Notes under the pieces: generated by a model
Database searches by the model: none
What the model saw: only the letters and a program-made list of their open reading frames with translations
What the model was told of the DNA's origin: nothing
From: Octopus sinensis
Taxonomy: Eukaryota
Assembly: GCF_006345805.1 (NCBI RefSeq)
Contig: NC_042998.1
Location: 139,686,001-139,750,000 of the forward strand
Direction: 5' to 3'
Length of the DNA stretch: 64,000 bases
In this document: piece after piece, positions 38,223 through 50,859 of the stretch
Numbering within the stretch: position 1 is the first letter of the stretch
Layout of the letters: every line of letters begins with the position of its first letter
Program-made: the position numbers and the translations under genes

Positions 38223-38781
38223 GGGTTAAGTAGGCTCTATGCCTTAAGGGTGAGCTCGGAAGGGCAGGAGACGAGTAGAGTGAGCTCTCAATAAACCAGC
38301 AGACGGTAACAGAAAACCACTGCTTTGTTTATTGCTAAGAAAAATCATAAATCTTTAGAGTGGATGGCAGGCTCAATCGTTAACATGTTCAACAAAATGA
38401 TTTTCAGCATCCCTTCTGGCTCTTTAAGTTCTGATTTCAAATCCCGCTGAGAGTCAAGTTTGTCTTTCGTTCTTTCGGGGGTCGATGTAATCGACTTGTC
38501 CCCCTTCCCTCAAAACGGTTGGCACCCTGCAACAAACCGGCGTCCCGTTCAGGAGAATATTGTGATCCCAATCACCTATGGAAACCGGGTGACCGACCTT
38601 ATGAATTCTAGGGCTCAAGAAAGAAATTTCGAAAATGAAGGTCCATGACCGCCGACACCTGTAAACATGGCACATGAAGAGAATGATTAAAACATATACT
38701 ACAATTGTAGAGATAAGGGACTAGGCGAAGTATTTGGTGCTGTGTTTTGGAAATAAAGCACAGCAGGGAAGTTGTGAGGTA

Positions 38782-39678
38782 TGAGATGGTATCAAAAAGT
38801 TCCGGGACTAGTTCTGTAACACTGCCAGCAGATAGCAGAATATGGTTGCGTGCGCAGTTAGAGTGAGCAGTGACCTTCACGAGGCAGTGTGCCGAATGAC
38901 ATCGCTGTGTTTACTTCGCAAACTGTAAAATTTGTCTTTTTGTGATCACATGTATGCTGTAGTCTGCGATTTTGTCATGGACCAGAACAAAGAGCCAACA
39001 TGAAATTTTGCGTTAAACTTGGGAAGTCGGCTATAGAGACATTGAGGATGCTTACAGCGACGAGGCAATGAGTCGTACGCAATGTTTCGAGTAGCACTGG
39101 CGCTTCAAAAGTGGAAGGACCTCCCTGGAAAATGATGAGCAATCTGGAAGACCTGCCGCGAGCATCACCTCCGAATGTGTAGTATTGTGCATCGAGAATT
39201 CGTCCCCCAGAGCCAGGCCATTAAACGAGAGTTCTACTGCGACCTTTTGAAGTGTTTGAGGGAGGACATTCGGCGAAAGTGACCGGATTTGTGGAGCGCG
39301 AAGAATTGGATTCTTCACGACGACAATGCACCCTGTCACCAAGCTCTCCTTACTCATGAGTTTCTCGCCAAAAACATGGTATCTCTCTTACACCGACCCC
39401 ATTCGCCAGATTTAGCACCTACGGACTTCCATCTATTCCCCAAGATGAAAATGCAGCTCAAAGGTCGCCGTTGTTGAGATCCAGAGTGAATCGCAGAAAG
39501 TCCTCGACTCGCTTACGGAAAACGATTTCCAGGCCGGATTCTAAAAGTGGCAGGAACGCTGGGACCGGTGTATTGTTGCGCAAGGTGACTATTTCGAAGA
39601 TGATGATGTTAAAATTTAGGTAAATAAGTTATTTTTTATAAAACATAGCTATACTAGGAACCTTTTGATACCACCTCA
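38782..39678 (+). mobile_element. Mariner element, internally deleted, TIRs and TA TSD intact
   Basis: TA|TGAGATGGTATCAAAAAGTTCC ... GGAACCTTTTGATACCACCTCA|TA; EQRANMKFCVKLGKS, HDDNAPCH, HSPDLAPTDFHLFPKMK. Confidence 0.92.
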
Positions 39679-39934
39679 TACACAATTTATATGTTCAAAG
39701 GGGCAGGAACTGCATAGTAACTGATAAGAGAAACCAGGGTAGGATAAGCAGCATCAACATAAGCGTGTGTTAGAGATTAATCGTTGTCCAACCAGTCGAA
39801 TGGCTTTTGAGGTGTGGGTTGTGTTTTAGAATATTTTGACTTTATTTTATAAGATGAAAAAGAAGCGTTTGAACAAAATTAGTTGAAAACGACTAGTTTG
39901 GCCGTTGCAGCTTTGATTATAGGTGTGATTACCA

Positions 39935-41192
39935 GAAGGGGATGCAGTATAACCGACTGGTTAAAAAGTCTTGGATTCAACCAGTATTTTATGAGTGAAT
40001 GAATTGATGGAAACTGTGAGGAAGCCTATTAGATGGATCGTGCTTGTAATTCAAAGGTGCACCCTTGTCACGCGCTGTGTCAGTTAATTCTGTCTGAGGA
40101 TTACGCTAATGGTGCACTTGTCTGTGGAATACTCAGCCAGTTTTTTACGCTAATTCAATGAACAAGTAACTCAGTTAATTAAACAACTGAATCCTCATTG
40201 TATTTACCGATGGGGATTTACTTATTTACTTTACAAGAGATCAGAGATTGTGAGAGATTAGCATATATATCTATCCTCGTTTATCACGGGTGTTTGGTTC
40301 AAAAAATAATCAGTGTTAAACGAATCAGAATCTTTGATCGCCGACCCTTGTTATCACGGACCAATTTGTGATAAGCATAACACAGTTCACAATGAGCGTA
40401 CCGTGGATCAGTGATGAATGGATCAGAGATAGACGAGAACAGATGTGTAAGGATTTTAGTGTAAGTGTAGGTGAATTGTGATTTGCCTTGATTTCTGTAG
40501 ATATTGTTTTTTAAAGCTGATAATGGAGGCTAGAATATCATGTTTCCATTGGAATGTGTCTGCGATGTGGTGGGGGTCAGGTCTCGCTGAATGTAATATA
40601 TATTGATCCGAAGTGACATCAGACATGTGGCTGTCACTTATGAGCGAAAAGCTATTGAGGAATGAATAACCTCTGCAATGATGTGCATTCGGCTGGAAGC
40701 AATCATCCTTTATGCCGAAGGCACATGGCCTAGTGGTTAGAGTGTTACACTCACGATCGCGAGATCGTAGTTTCAGTTCCTGAATCGGATGGTACTTTGT
40801 GTACCACGTTGCTGTGCGATCACTTCGACGCTAACACCGTGAACCTGTTCAGGAAACGTCGATTTGATGGAGGGAGTGAGCTAATGTGCAGCATATACGT
40901 TTGATCACTATAAACAAATCATTTTTGCAGGTTGTTCAGCAAGAAACTGCAGGACCGTCTTTCTCGGACTACGAGAGATTATCATCAGCATCAGTAACCC
41001 TTTCGACTATATGTACAAGGCCTGAAATCTGGGGGAAATTTTGTGCTCACCTGGTACATCGACTACGAAAGGATGAACGGTAAAGTTGACCTCGGTAGAA
41101 TTTGAACGCAGAACGTAAAAAGCCAAAAGAAATGGTGTTAAGCAATTGTTTGTTTGTCCGACGCACTAACGATTCTACCTAACGTCGCCTTT
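39935..41192. mobile_element. Old SINEs: A-head/C-like-tail hybrid (39935-40215), SINE D (40718-40960), SINE B (41005-41192,-)
   Basis: Degenerate family modules. Confidence 0.7.
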
Positions 41193-41218
41193 TAGGCTGG
41201 AAGTAATAATACAAAGTA

Positions 41219-41740
41219 CTGTAAATCCTCGAATATAGTCCGTCCTTGAGTATAATACGCAAGGAATTTTTAGGGGGCTGTACCTCTGAAAAACCTAAAC
41301 CTTGTGTATAATACGCACCCCTTCTCTAACTTGAGTCGTGCGCAATTAAGCCAACAGCACCTAGTCGAACAAACACTTCCGCGCATGCGTAATATAATAA
41401 TGGTGATGTTCTTAACTGTTATATGGGAATGTAAATATGTTTGCAAATTGTTTTTGTTACATGTTATTCTATGTTCTGAATACTTTTATTTTAATAAATG
41501 TCGTTTACTGCAAGTTATGGCTGATTCTTTTATGACTTCATTGCTTTCAGGCTTAGCTTAAGGTATTTTCGCGCTCGACATCACAAAATGCGTCTGAATA
41601 AACATTGCCGGACAGCAAATAGAGACACGGACATTGCTTAGAAAATATATTTCATTTTTAACATTGTATATAGTATGCACTAGGGATTTTGACCTTCAAA
41701 TTTTGGTGGGGAAATGCGGATTATACCCGAGGATTTACGA
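41219..41740. mobile_element. Tc1/mariner-superfamily (Tc2-like) MITE
   Basis: TA|CTGTAAATCCTCGAATATAGTCCG ... CGGATTATACCCGAGGATTTACGA|TA; 24-bp imperfect TIRs. Confidence 0.82.
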
Positions 41741-41742
41741 TA

Positions 41743-41965
41743 AGTCGTTGATATAAAGAAGGAAGAGTACGCGTGTTGTAATAGAGCCCAGTGACACATT
41801 AGAGTTGATGGAAAAGAGAGACCGCAGCAGACATATTCTGCGATGGAGCAATGTGAAACATAACTTCCAATCCATGTTATGAGAAGTAAGTCGGACAGTT
41901 TTGTGATGAGGTTTTCGTAACAAGCATGGTTGAAGTATTTTATTAATGTCAACAATAGCATTAAT
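41743..41965 (-). mobile_element. CR1/L2/Jockey-type RT fragment
   Basis: FNHACYENLITKL, ITWIGSY, VLFLLYINDL; the MITE sits at the TA of the Leu codon of INDL. Confidence 0.65.
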
Positions 41966-42117
41966 TTCGTCTATATTCTCGATAGAGAGATCACCGATAT
42001 GTTACTAAAAAATAAATTTTTTTAAGCACAGCTGTCACATGCAAACCAATATGACCTGGAAGTATGTGTTACGCTTTCGCTGTTTATTTTAGATGTCAAT
42101 GTACATGATCAGATATA

Positions 42118-43115
42118 TACTCTTTTTTTACTCTTTTACTTGTTTCAGTCATTTGACTGCGGCCATGCTGGAGCACCGCCTTCAGTCGAGCAAATCGACC
42201 CCGGGACTCATTCTCTGCAAGCCCAGTACTTATTCTATCGGTCGCTTTTGCCGAACCGCTAGGTAACGGGGACATAAACACACCAGCATCGGTTGTCAAG
42301 CAATGCTAGGGGGACAAACACTGATACACAAACATATACACTAACACTTATATATACATATACATCTATACGACAGGCTTCTTTCAGTTTCCGTCTACCA
42401 AATCCACTCACAAGACATTGGTCGGCCCGGGGCTATAGCAGAAGACACTTGCCCAAGATGCCACGCAGTGGGACTGAACCTGGAACCATGTGGTTGGTAA
42501 GCAAGCTACTTACCACACAGCCACTCCTACATCTTTTCTCTTTCATTTTTCTTTTCAGTTGTATATATCACTTTACTGATACTAGAAACAGTAGCCAAAC
42601 CTCCTCCACACATATCCTACAACTTATTTAAGAATTGAAAAGTTTAAATAATAGACATTTCTTAAAACGTTAGGTCTTCATTGCGTTTTGCTGCAAGTCA
42701 AACTCATTCGAGCTAACCTGCGAGCAAATGCATTCCGGCCGTGACCAACCTGGTGTTTTCAGGGATATGTAGTTGGTTTCCTTGGTTCGACGATGAGAAT
42801 TCAGTTGTTTGCATGCAGTATGGCTGAAGTTCGTTTTGCGGTCGCCCGGTTTCGATTTCGACCCCATTATATAGCATCATGGGAAAATAATATTTTCTAT
42901 AGCCTTGGGTAAGTGAAAATGGGTAGCTGGAAACTGTATAGAAGCCTGTCTGATGGTTTATGCCAGTAATTTAAAAGGTACAACCTTGTTTATACATTGT
43001 ATCATGTTGATAACACCTGAGAATTACGTTACGGATACAACGTGTCAGGGGAATACTCAGTTACTTACATGCTAATCCAATGATCAACAACTGAATCCTC
43101 ATCACGGAACGACAG
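42118..43115. mobile_element. SINE A full copy (42118-42535,-) and degenerate A-head hybrid (42770-43115,+)
   Basis: Family modules. Confidence 0.8.
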
Positions 43116-43533
43116 AAACCCACCATGTATATACCCGAAAACACCGGGTTAGTCACGGCTGGAATACGTTTAGTCAAAGGTTAGCTCGAGTTGAGTTGAC
43201 TCGCAGCAAAGCGCAATAAAAACCTAATGCTTAAAGAAATGTCTGTTGTTGATGTGGTACTTAGTTTTTCTTTAATTATCTGTGTACGTACATTTGTGTG
43301 TGCGTGCGCGTATGTATGGAAGACTGGGCGCATTCCGAAGTTAGTCGGAATTGTTTTCAGTCATTCCATACAGATATGAAAGATGTCAGTCAGTGTAGGT
43401 GTCTCTTCCTCATAATCCTTTCAACATCCGTAGCAAAGTTAAGTATGACTGTGTGCTTCCTCCCCCACTACCCCGTTAGGCATCTTCTTTGCTTTTATGC
43501 TGAAGCACGCAAAAGTCCTGGGCCAAGGTGCTG

Positions 43534-44474
43534 ACCATCTCCTCTACTATTATCATCAACAACTGCAAACTAGAGGTAGTTCATGAGTTTACACATCTCG
43601 GCCTTACCATCAATGACAACCTCTCTTTCTAGAACAGTGGCTTTCAACCATATTTTACACAAATATACCTACATAGCCATTCAGTGTAGAAAAAAAAAAT
43701 CTTATTGTATTTTTATAATTAAATATTATTAGGAATTGTAATTAAAAAAATTAAATATTTTGTGTATTGTAGAAGTAATTTATTGCATATTAATCTTAGC
43801 AACAAAATCTTAAATGGACCCCAATTGAGAATCCCTGCTCTAGAAGACGTATTGGAAGAGCAGCCTCAGAAACTAGCTTGGCAAACAATGTGAGTCTAGA
43901 AGAACAGTGAACTATCAGTGCACACCAAGGTTTGCAATCTACAGAGTTTACGTCCTCAACACACTATCAAACGGCAATGAGAGATGGAGCATCTACTTGA
44001 GAGAGACAACAGCGGCATCTCAACACCTTCCACCGGCGCAACCTGAAACGTATTCAGGATATCAAATTGTCTGACCAAGTTACCGATAACGACGTCCTGG
44101 TTCATGCACCCTACTGAAACAACTATCCGACCGCATGTCAGATGGGAAGATCCTGAAGGACTTACAATATAGGAAAGTAACCTTGGGCAAGAGAACATAA
44201 TGACACCACCATATTCGTTTCAAAGCTGACTGCAAGAGAGACCTGCTTGTTGGTTACATGAACGTTGAAGAATGGGAAAACATTGCTGGTAATCGCACCT
44301 GTTGGAATTTAGGAAAGGTTGTCAAAAGACGAGAGGGAAAGCTGAGGCCTGCTGATTAAAAAAAAAAGACGCAAAATCGAAGCAAAAACAGCTTCAGGCC
44401 AAGAGTGGCAGACAGTGCCTTCAAATGCAGTCACTGTAACTAGGACTGTCATTCACATGAACGTATGTATACAT

Positions 44475-44480
<6 letters not shown>
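43534..44480 (+). mobile_element. RTE (BovB-like) LINE 3' fragment
   Basis: IINNCKLEVVHEFTHLGLTINDNLS, RIGRAA, HLNTFHRRNLKRIQDIKLSDQVTDNDVL. Confidence 0.85.
43635..43837. mobile_element. hAT (Charlie-like) MITE inserted in the RTE
   Basis: 8-bp TSD TTCTAGAA (43627-43634) / CTCTAGAA (43838-43845); TIR CAGTGGCTTTCAACC / rc CAGGGATTCTCAATT. Confidence 0.85.
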
Positions 44481-45260
<780 letters not shown>

Positions 45261-45282
45261 CGGAAGTGTGGTATAAGTTTCG

Positions 45283-45960
45283 GCATACCTCCGCATGTAT
45301 GCTCCACCGACTTTGTTTCTTCATAACTTCCAGAAAAATGGATATTTTTCATTGAAATTTTCAACAGACACGCTTCAGATGGTGTAGATTCCGATTATGT
45401 CAGAATTTGTTGTGGAAAAAGTTTTTTTTTTATCAGTGGAGAGAGGAGTTTCGGAAAATTCATATATGTTGGCTTTGTTTTCTCATAACTTTCAGAAAAA
45501 TAGGTATTTTTTAATGGAATTTTATATAGATACATTTCAGAGTGTGCAGATTGCGATTATATCGGAATTTGATATGTAAAATAACTCGTACACATACATA
45601 CTGACACACATCATATATGTTTACAAAATGAAACTGGAAATATCGGAAAAAATTGTGATGTGTGTCAGTATGTATGTGTGTCCTCACCAATTTTCTTTTT
45701 CATATTGAAAAAAGAAATGATATAATCATAATTTACACACTCTGATATGTATTTGTAGAAAATTTCATTAAAGGCTTATTTCTTCGAAAGTTATGAGGAA
45801 AAAAAGTTGATTCGTGTGAATTTTCCGAATGTTTTCACCCAATTGGAATCTACACCATTTGAAGGGTATTTGCAGAAAGTTTCTTTGAAAAATATCCATT
45901 TTTCTGGAAGTTATAAGGTAAAGAATTCAGGCGGGGCCGGGCACACATGTGAAGGTATGC
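45283..45960. mobile_element. ~680-bp foldback element with internal subrepeats
   Basis: CATAACTTCCAGAAAAATGGATATTTTTCA...ATGGTGTAGATTCC present inverted on both sides; perfect 24-bp inner IR ACACATACATACTGACACACATCA / TGATGTGTGTCAGTATGTATGTGT; related fragment at 47900-48030. Confidence 0.82.
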
Positions 45961-45993
45961 TCAAGTTACCAAATCTTTCTGTTGTACGTATTA

Positions 45994-46038
<45 letters not shown>

Positions 46039-46566
46039 GATAATAGTCATTCAACATATTTTTAATTCAAGGGTCATGCTGCCAATATATAGTTTCGTTT
46101 CTCTATGTTAAATTTCCAGTAGCATCGATAAAATATCTACTAGGTAAGTATTAAAATCTAAGTTGGCTGTACACTTATTCCGCAGTATGCTACTTTCCTA
46201 AGTTCAACACCAACACATAAAATAAGTAATTGAAGTCGATTACAACAAATTCTATATCCCTGTTCCACTTCATTTTTGGAACTTGTATCTTCAAAGGCTC
46301 TCATTCTCCGACTAATAAACAAACTTCGGCCGTCAAAAATGATTCTCCATTCTTACTAACATAAAAGTTTGTGTGTCTGTGTGTTTGCTGGTTTTTTAAT
46401 TTTATAATCATCCACTAAGTATCAGGATCAGAACTGTTCGTATGAGTCTCGTCTTAAAGCAGACGTAGTACATGTACAATATATATAAGGTAAAAAATAA
46501 AAAGTGGTAATAATTTACAAAAGGATTGTTTTTAATGTTTCACCGCTCGAAGGGAGAGAACAGCTT

Positions 46567-46657
46567 ATGTCTCTCATAGAATTGGGTCAGATGAAGTATT
46601 TCGAGCCGTCACGAAGAATCCGCAAAAATTCTGACAGGTCAGAAAGCTACGAAATAG
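46567..46657 (+). CDS. Candidate upstream coding exon of the GT32 gene
   Basis: ATG 46567, 30 open codons, donor AG|GTGAGG at 46657/46658 in phase 1; joins the 54321 acceptor in frame (MSLIELGQMK...ESYEI-DLPRLDTNRNSI-MQGIPK); CpG-rich context. No transcript evidence. Confidence 0.35.
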
Positions 46658-48666
46658 GTGAGGCTTGGTATTATATTTTGTATCTGCTAATGGCTTTTTG
46701 TTTTTCTCTTTGTGTTCTGTTTACGCCTATATTGGGATTTTAATCTGACCAATTGTTTCACTTTTTTTTTGAGGTCGCTTGAAACAAGTAATTATATCAA
46801 ATGTGATTTATATTATGTAAAGTAATCGATACATGTATATTTAGTAAAAGATTAGCTTTATTATTATTATTATTATTTTATTCAAGTATTTTTTTGTCTG
46901 CCTTTCGCAATCTCGAACTGGCAGTAATAATATAAGTACGTGTTATCAATATTTCTTTCTGGCTCTCCCTACATGGCCTCCGGTAGCTAGCTAGTGTTCT
47001 TTAGCTCCAAGTTAATCCCTATAGAGCTGATCTACGATCAAAGGCATTCTAGCCATGACCATCCTGTGTCTTTAAGGATATACATGTCCACATTACCTGC
47101 CTTTATATAATGTTATGATGTGATTTGAGAAAGATTTTAGCTGCTATTTCTAATAAATCGAGTGATCGTGCAGAGTTTCTCGTCTTGGTTTACGCCGCCT
47201 CTCTCTTGCTCGCTACACACACTCAAATGAAGTAGAACGTTTCATTAAGTTCCTCTACATGGTCTTTCGACCTGTTATGAATAGTCGCAGAATCTCTCTT
47301 AAATCACAACCTACCGTCTTAAATATCAGATAAGATAATGCTGCCGTACAATATCTTTCAAACTATGGCTTTGCCATGCATGTTACGGAAGTGATACCTT
47401 GGGCTGAACAACATTTAACAATCCGATTTACAGTCTGTGGGTTTACGTGCGTTAGGTGAGCGTGCCACAATCACCGCGGATGGTTAAATTTGTCTAACGG
47501 TGTATGAACTGAGAAAGAAATATTTTATGTCCGTTTGAAATCCTATTAGGTTTAGCACAGTATCACGACGACCTATAACAAAATGAACACCATATGCCAA
47601 GCCAGCATGGGTGCGACTACATATTCGCTCGACCTTCCTGAAGTAGTAGGCTAAAATGTTTTAAATCATACTTTACAGTCTTAGAAAAAGGTAGAAAAGG
47701 ATTTTTTGGATGATGTGACCCCATTGTGCTCTGCGTATAGCAAAAAGACAGGATGGTCACCGCTGATTTGCCTTTATTTATCGTCTACTCAGAGCTAGCT
47801 TGGAGTTAACCATTCGCCGAAGAAATCTCTATCTCTCCAAACAGCGCAGGGGATACTAAAGCTAATATATGTGTGTGTGGTATAACACCAGAATGGCCCC
47901 CTGTCAACGTTATTTCCTCATAACTTTCTTAATACTTATGTTTTAATGGAATTTTCCGGGATTACGATTATGTCGGGAAAAGAATTTACCTATTTTTTTC
48001 CCTTTTTAGGAAGAGTGGCTAATCATTTTTCCTCTCCAATATGACTTTAGCACTTTTCATTTTTAATTTTTATTATTCAGAACATCGACACTACGTCGTC
48101 TACTCGAAAATATTTTAAAACGTTTTATTTACAAAAAAAAAAAAAAAAAAAAAGCGTTTTAGCCCGCTACCTGTCCTAAGCATTTTCATAAGTTTGTCTT
48201 AAACGTCCATGTTTGTTTTCAGTCTTTAGAATTAGTCCTTGTTTTATATGTTCTGAGTAATATAAAGCCTTCCTCTCATAAGTTCCAAGTAACTCTAGTG
48301 GTTGAAAAAATTGGAAATATGTATCACCTAGAAAATATGTCCTGTACATCATGTGTGATGAATAAATAAATAATTCTCCCTCTTTGTTTCTCTCCTTTCT
48401 CTCTCACTTTCCCACTCTCTTACTCTTCCTTTCTCTCGGACTCTCCCTCGCTTTTTCTTACTATCTATCTTTCTCTATCTATATCTCTCCCATTTATAAA
48501 GAACAAAAGATCTTGAGTACGTTGAGAAAGAAAATATTTTGAAAGATCAATCATAAATATCAGGCAGTGACAACGGAAAGGTCTGCTTCAAGGTGGACAG
48601 CAAAACAAAACACTAATATTGTAAACCAAAGTTTGAAGGGATAGAATCTCAGGATAGTAGACTCAC

Positions 48667-48903
48667 CATGGCTGGCATTCAAAACTTCTTAACAACAGAC
48701 AGCAACATACTGGCAGTTTAACGACTGGTGCAAAATTTTGAACTTGATGTAAGAGAAAATTCCTAAACACCAAGTTTTGAAGTGATTCTTTCTCATGACA
48801 GGCATTCAAAACTTCTTCGTGACGGATGGCAACACATTGACGATTTAAAGGCTGGCACAAATTTTTTAGCTTGATGTAACACAGAATTCCTAAATGCACC
48901 CTC
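48667..48903. repeat. Diverged tandem dimer, 127-bp period
   Basis: GGCATTCAAAACTTCTT at 48674 and 48801; CTTGATGTAA and AATTCCTAAA in both units. Confidence 0.75.
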
Positions 48904-48914
48904 CTGTAAACTTT

Positions 48915-50535
48915 AAACCCACAAGGTTATGGTCTTTGGCTTGCCGGGTCTTCTCATGCACAGCATATTTCCAAGTTTTGGTCAATAGTCATTTCCTTGG
49001 TGAGGCCTAAAGTTCGAAGGTCATGCTTCACCACTTCATCCCAGGTCTACCTCTTTCACAGGTTCCCTCAACCGCTAAGATGTGGCACTTTTTCACACAG
49101 CTATCCTCATCCATTCTCGCCACATGACCATACCAGCGCAGTCATCTCTCTTGTACACTACATCTGATGCTTCTTAGGTCCAACTTTTCTCTCAAGGTAC
49201 TTACACTCTGTCAAGTATGCACACTGACATTACACATCCAACAGAGCATACTGCCTTCATTCCTTGCGAGCTTACGCATGTCCTCAGCAGTCACAGCCCA
49301 TATTTCACTGCCATGTAGCATGGCTGTTCGTACATATGCGTCATACAGTCTACCTTTTACTCTGAGCAAGAGGCCCTTTGTTACCAGCAGAGGTAAGAGC
49401 TCTCTGAACTTTGCCCAAGCTATTCTTATTCTAGCAGCTACACTTTCAATGCACCCTCCCCCGCTACTGACTTGGTCACCTAGGTAACGGAAGCTATCAA
49501 CTACTTCTAGTTTTTCTCCCTGGAATGTGGCGGAAGTTGTTCTCTATGCATTTTTTGTGTTTATTGCTCCCTAGCATCTGCCACATACAAAAACTATCTT
49601 CCCAGTTAGCCTTCCTTTGATATTTCTGCACCTCTTATGTGTCCATAGCTTACACTGGGTACATCTTATAGAGTTTCTACCTACACCTCTACTACAGATC
49701 GAGCAGGGCCATCTACCTGAAGGGATTTGTGGTTTGCCTGCCTTCCTACTTATTAGGACCTTGGTTTTAGCTAGGTTGACTCTTAGGCCCTTTGACTCTA
49801 ATCCTTGTTTCCACACTTGAAACTTCTTCTCTAGTTCTGATAGTGACTCAGCAATTAGAGCAAGGTCATCAGCATAGAGGAGCTCCCAGGGGCATCCTGT
49901 CTTGAATTCCTTCGTTATTACCTGGAGGACTATGATAAATAGGAGTGGGCTGAGGACTGAACCTTGGTGGACCCCTACCTCTACCCTAAATTCTTCAGTG
50001 TACTCGTTGCCAACCCTCACCTTACTTGCACGGCTCTCACTAACCATTCATCTATCCCTAGTTTCTTCATTGACCGCCAGATAAGGGATCAGGGGACCCT
50101 GTCAAAGGCTTTCTCCATGTCAACGAAAGCCAGGTACAGGGGCTTATCTTTGGTTAGGTATTTCTCCTGCAGCTGTCTTACCAGAAATATAGCATCAGTG
50201 GTGCTTTTCCCTGGCACGAAACCAAACTGTATCTCATCCAAACTGACTCTCTCCCTAATTAGTTGGGCTACGACCCTCTCCATGACCTTCATTACCTAAT
50301 CCAACAGCTTGATACATTTGTAATTATTTGTATCTAAATCGTCACCTTTACTTTTGTAGCAGTTGACTATTATGCTGCTACACCAGTCATTGGGTATGAT
50401 TCCTTCGTGTATCACCTGGTTAACTATACAGGTGACTAGGCTATAGCCGACACTGCCAGATATTTTGAGCATCTCTGCAGCAATTCCTGATGGGCCTGGG
50501 CTTTCCTTGTCTTCATACTTTTAATTGCTTTATCT
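48915..50535 (-). mobile_element. RTE LINE, 5'-truncated ORF2: RT, PHD-like finger, C-terminus
   Basis: LAFVDMEKAFDRVP, GVHQGSVLSPLLF, LLYADDLALI, then C4HC3 finger; few disruptions. Confidence 0.95.
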
Positions 50536-50859
50536 CCATCCAACCCGTGCTAGCATGGAAAACGGACGTTAAACGATGATAATGATGATGATATATATAT
50601 ATAGTATATTTTATAGGAATTTAAAAGTTATAGCCTGTCATTGAGTGACCAATTGGTTTCATACCTATAAAGCACTTAGCAGTAAAAGTGATTTGTCAGA
50701 TTCAAATGGCTGAAGGTACATGACCTCTCTAGGAGCCGGAAGAAGAAATATTTAATGGTCAGTTGATTTTGTAAACAAAAAATAATTGTCCATGCTATGG
50801 GTGAAACATATATATATATGTACAAGTTCAGGCTATTGAACGTAGAGAATGAATGGGAG

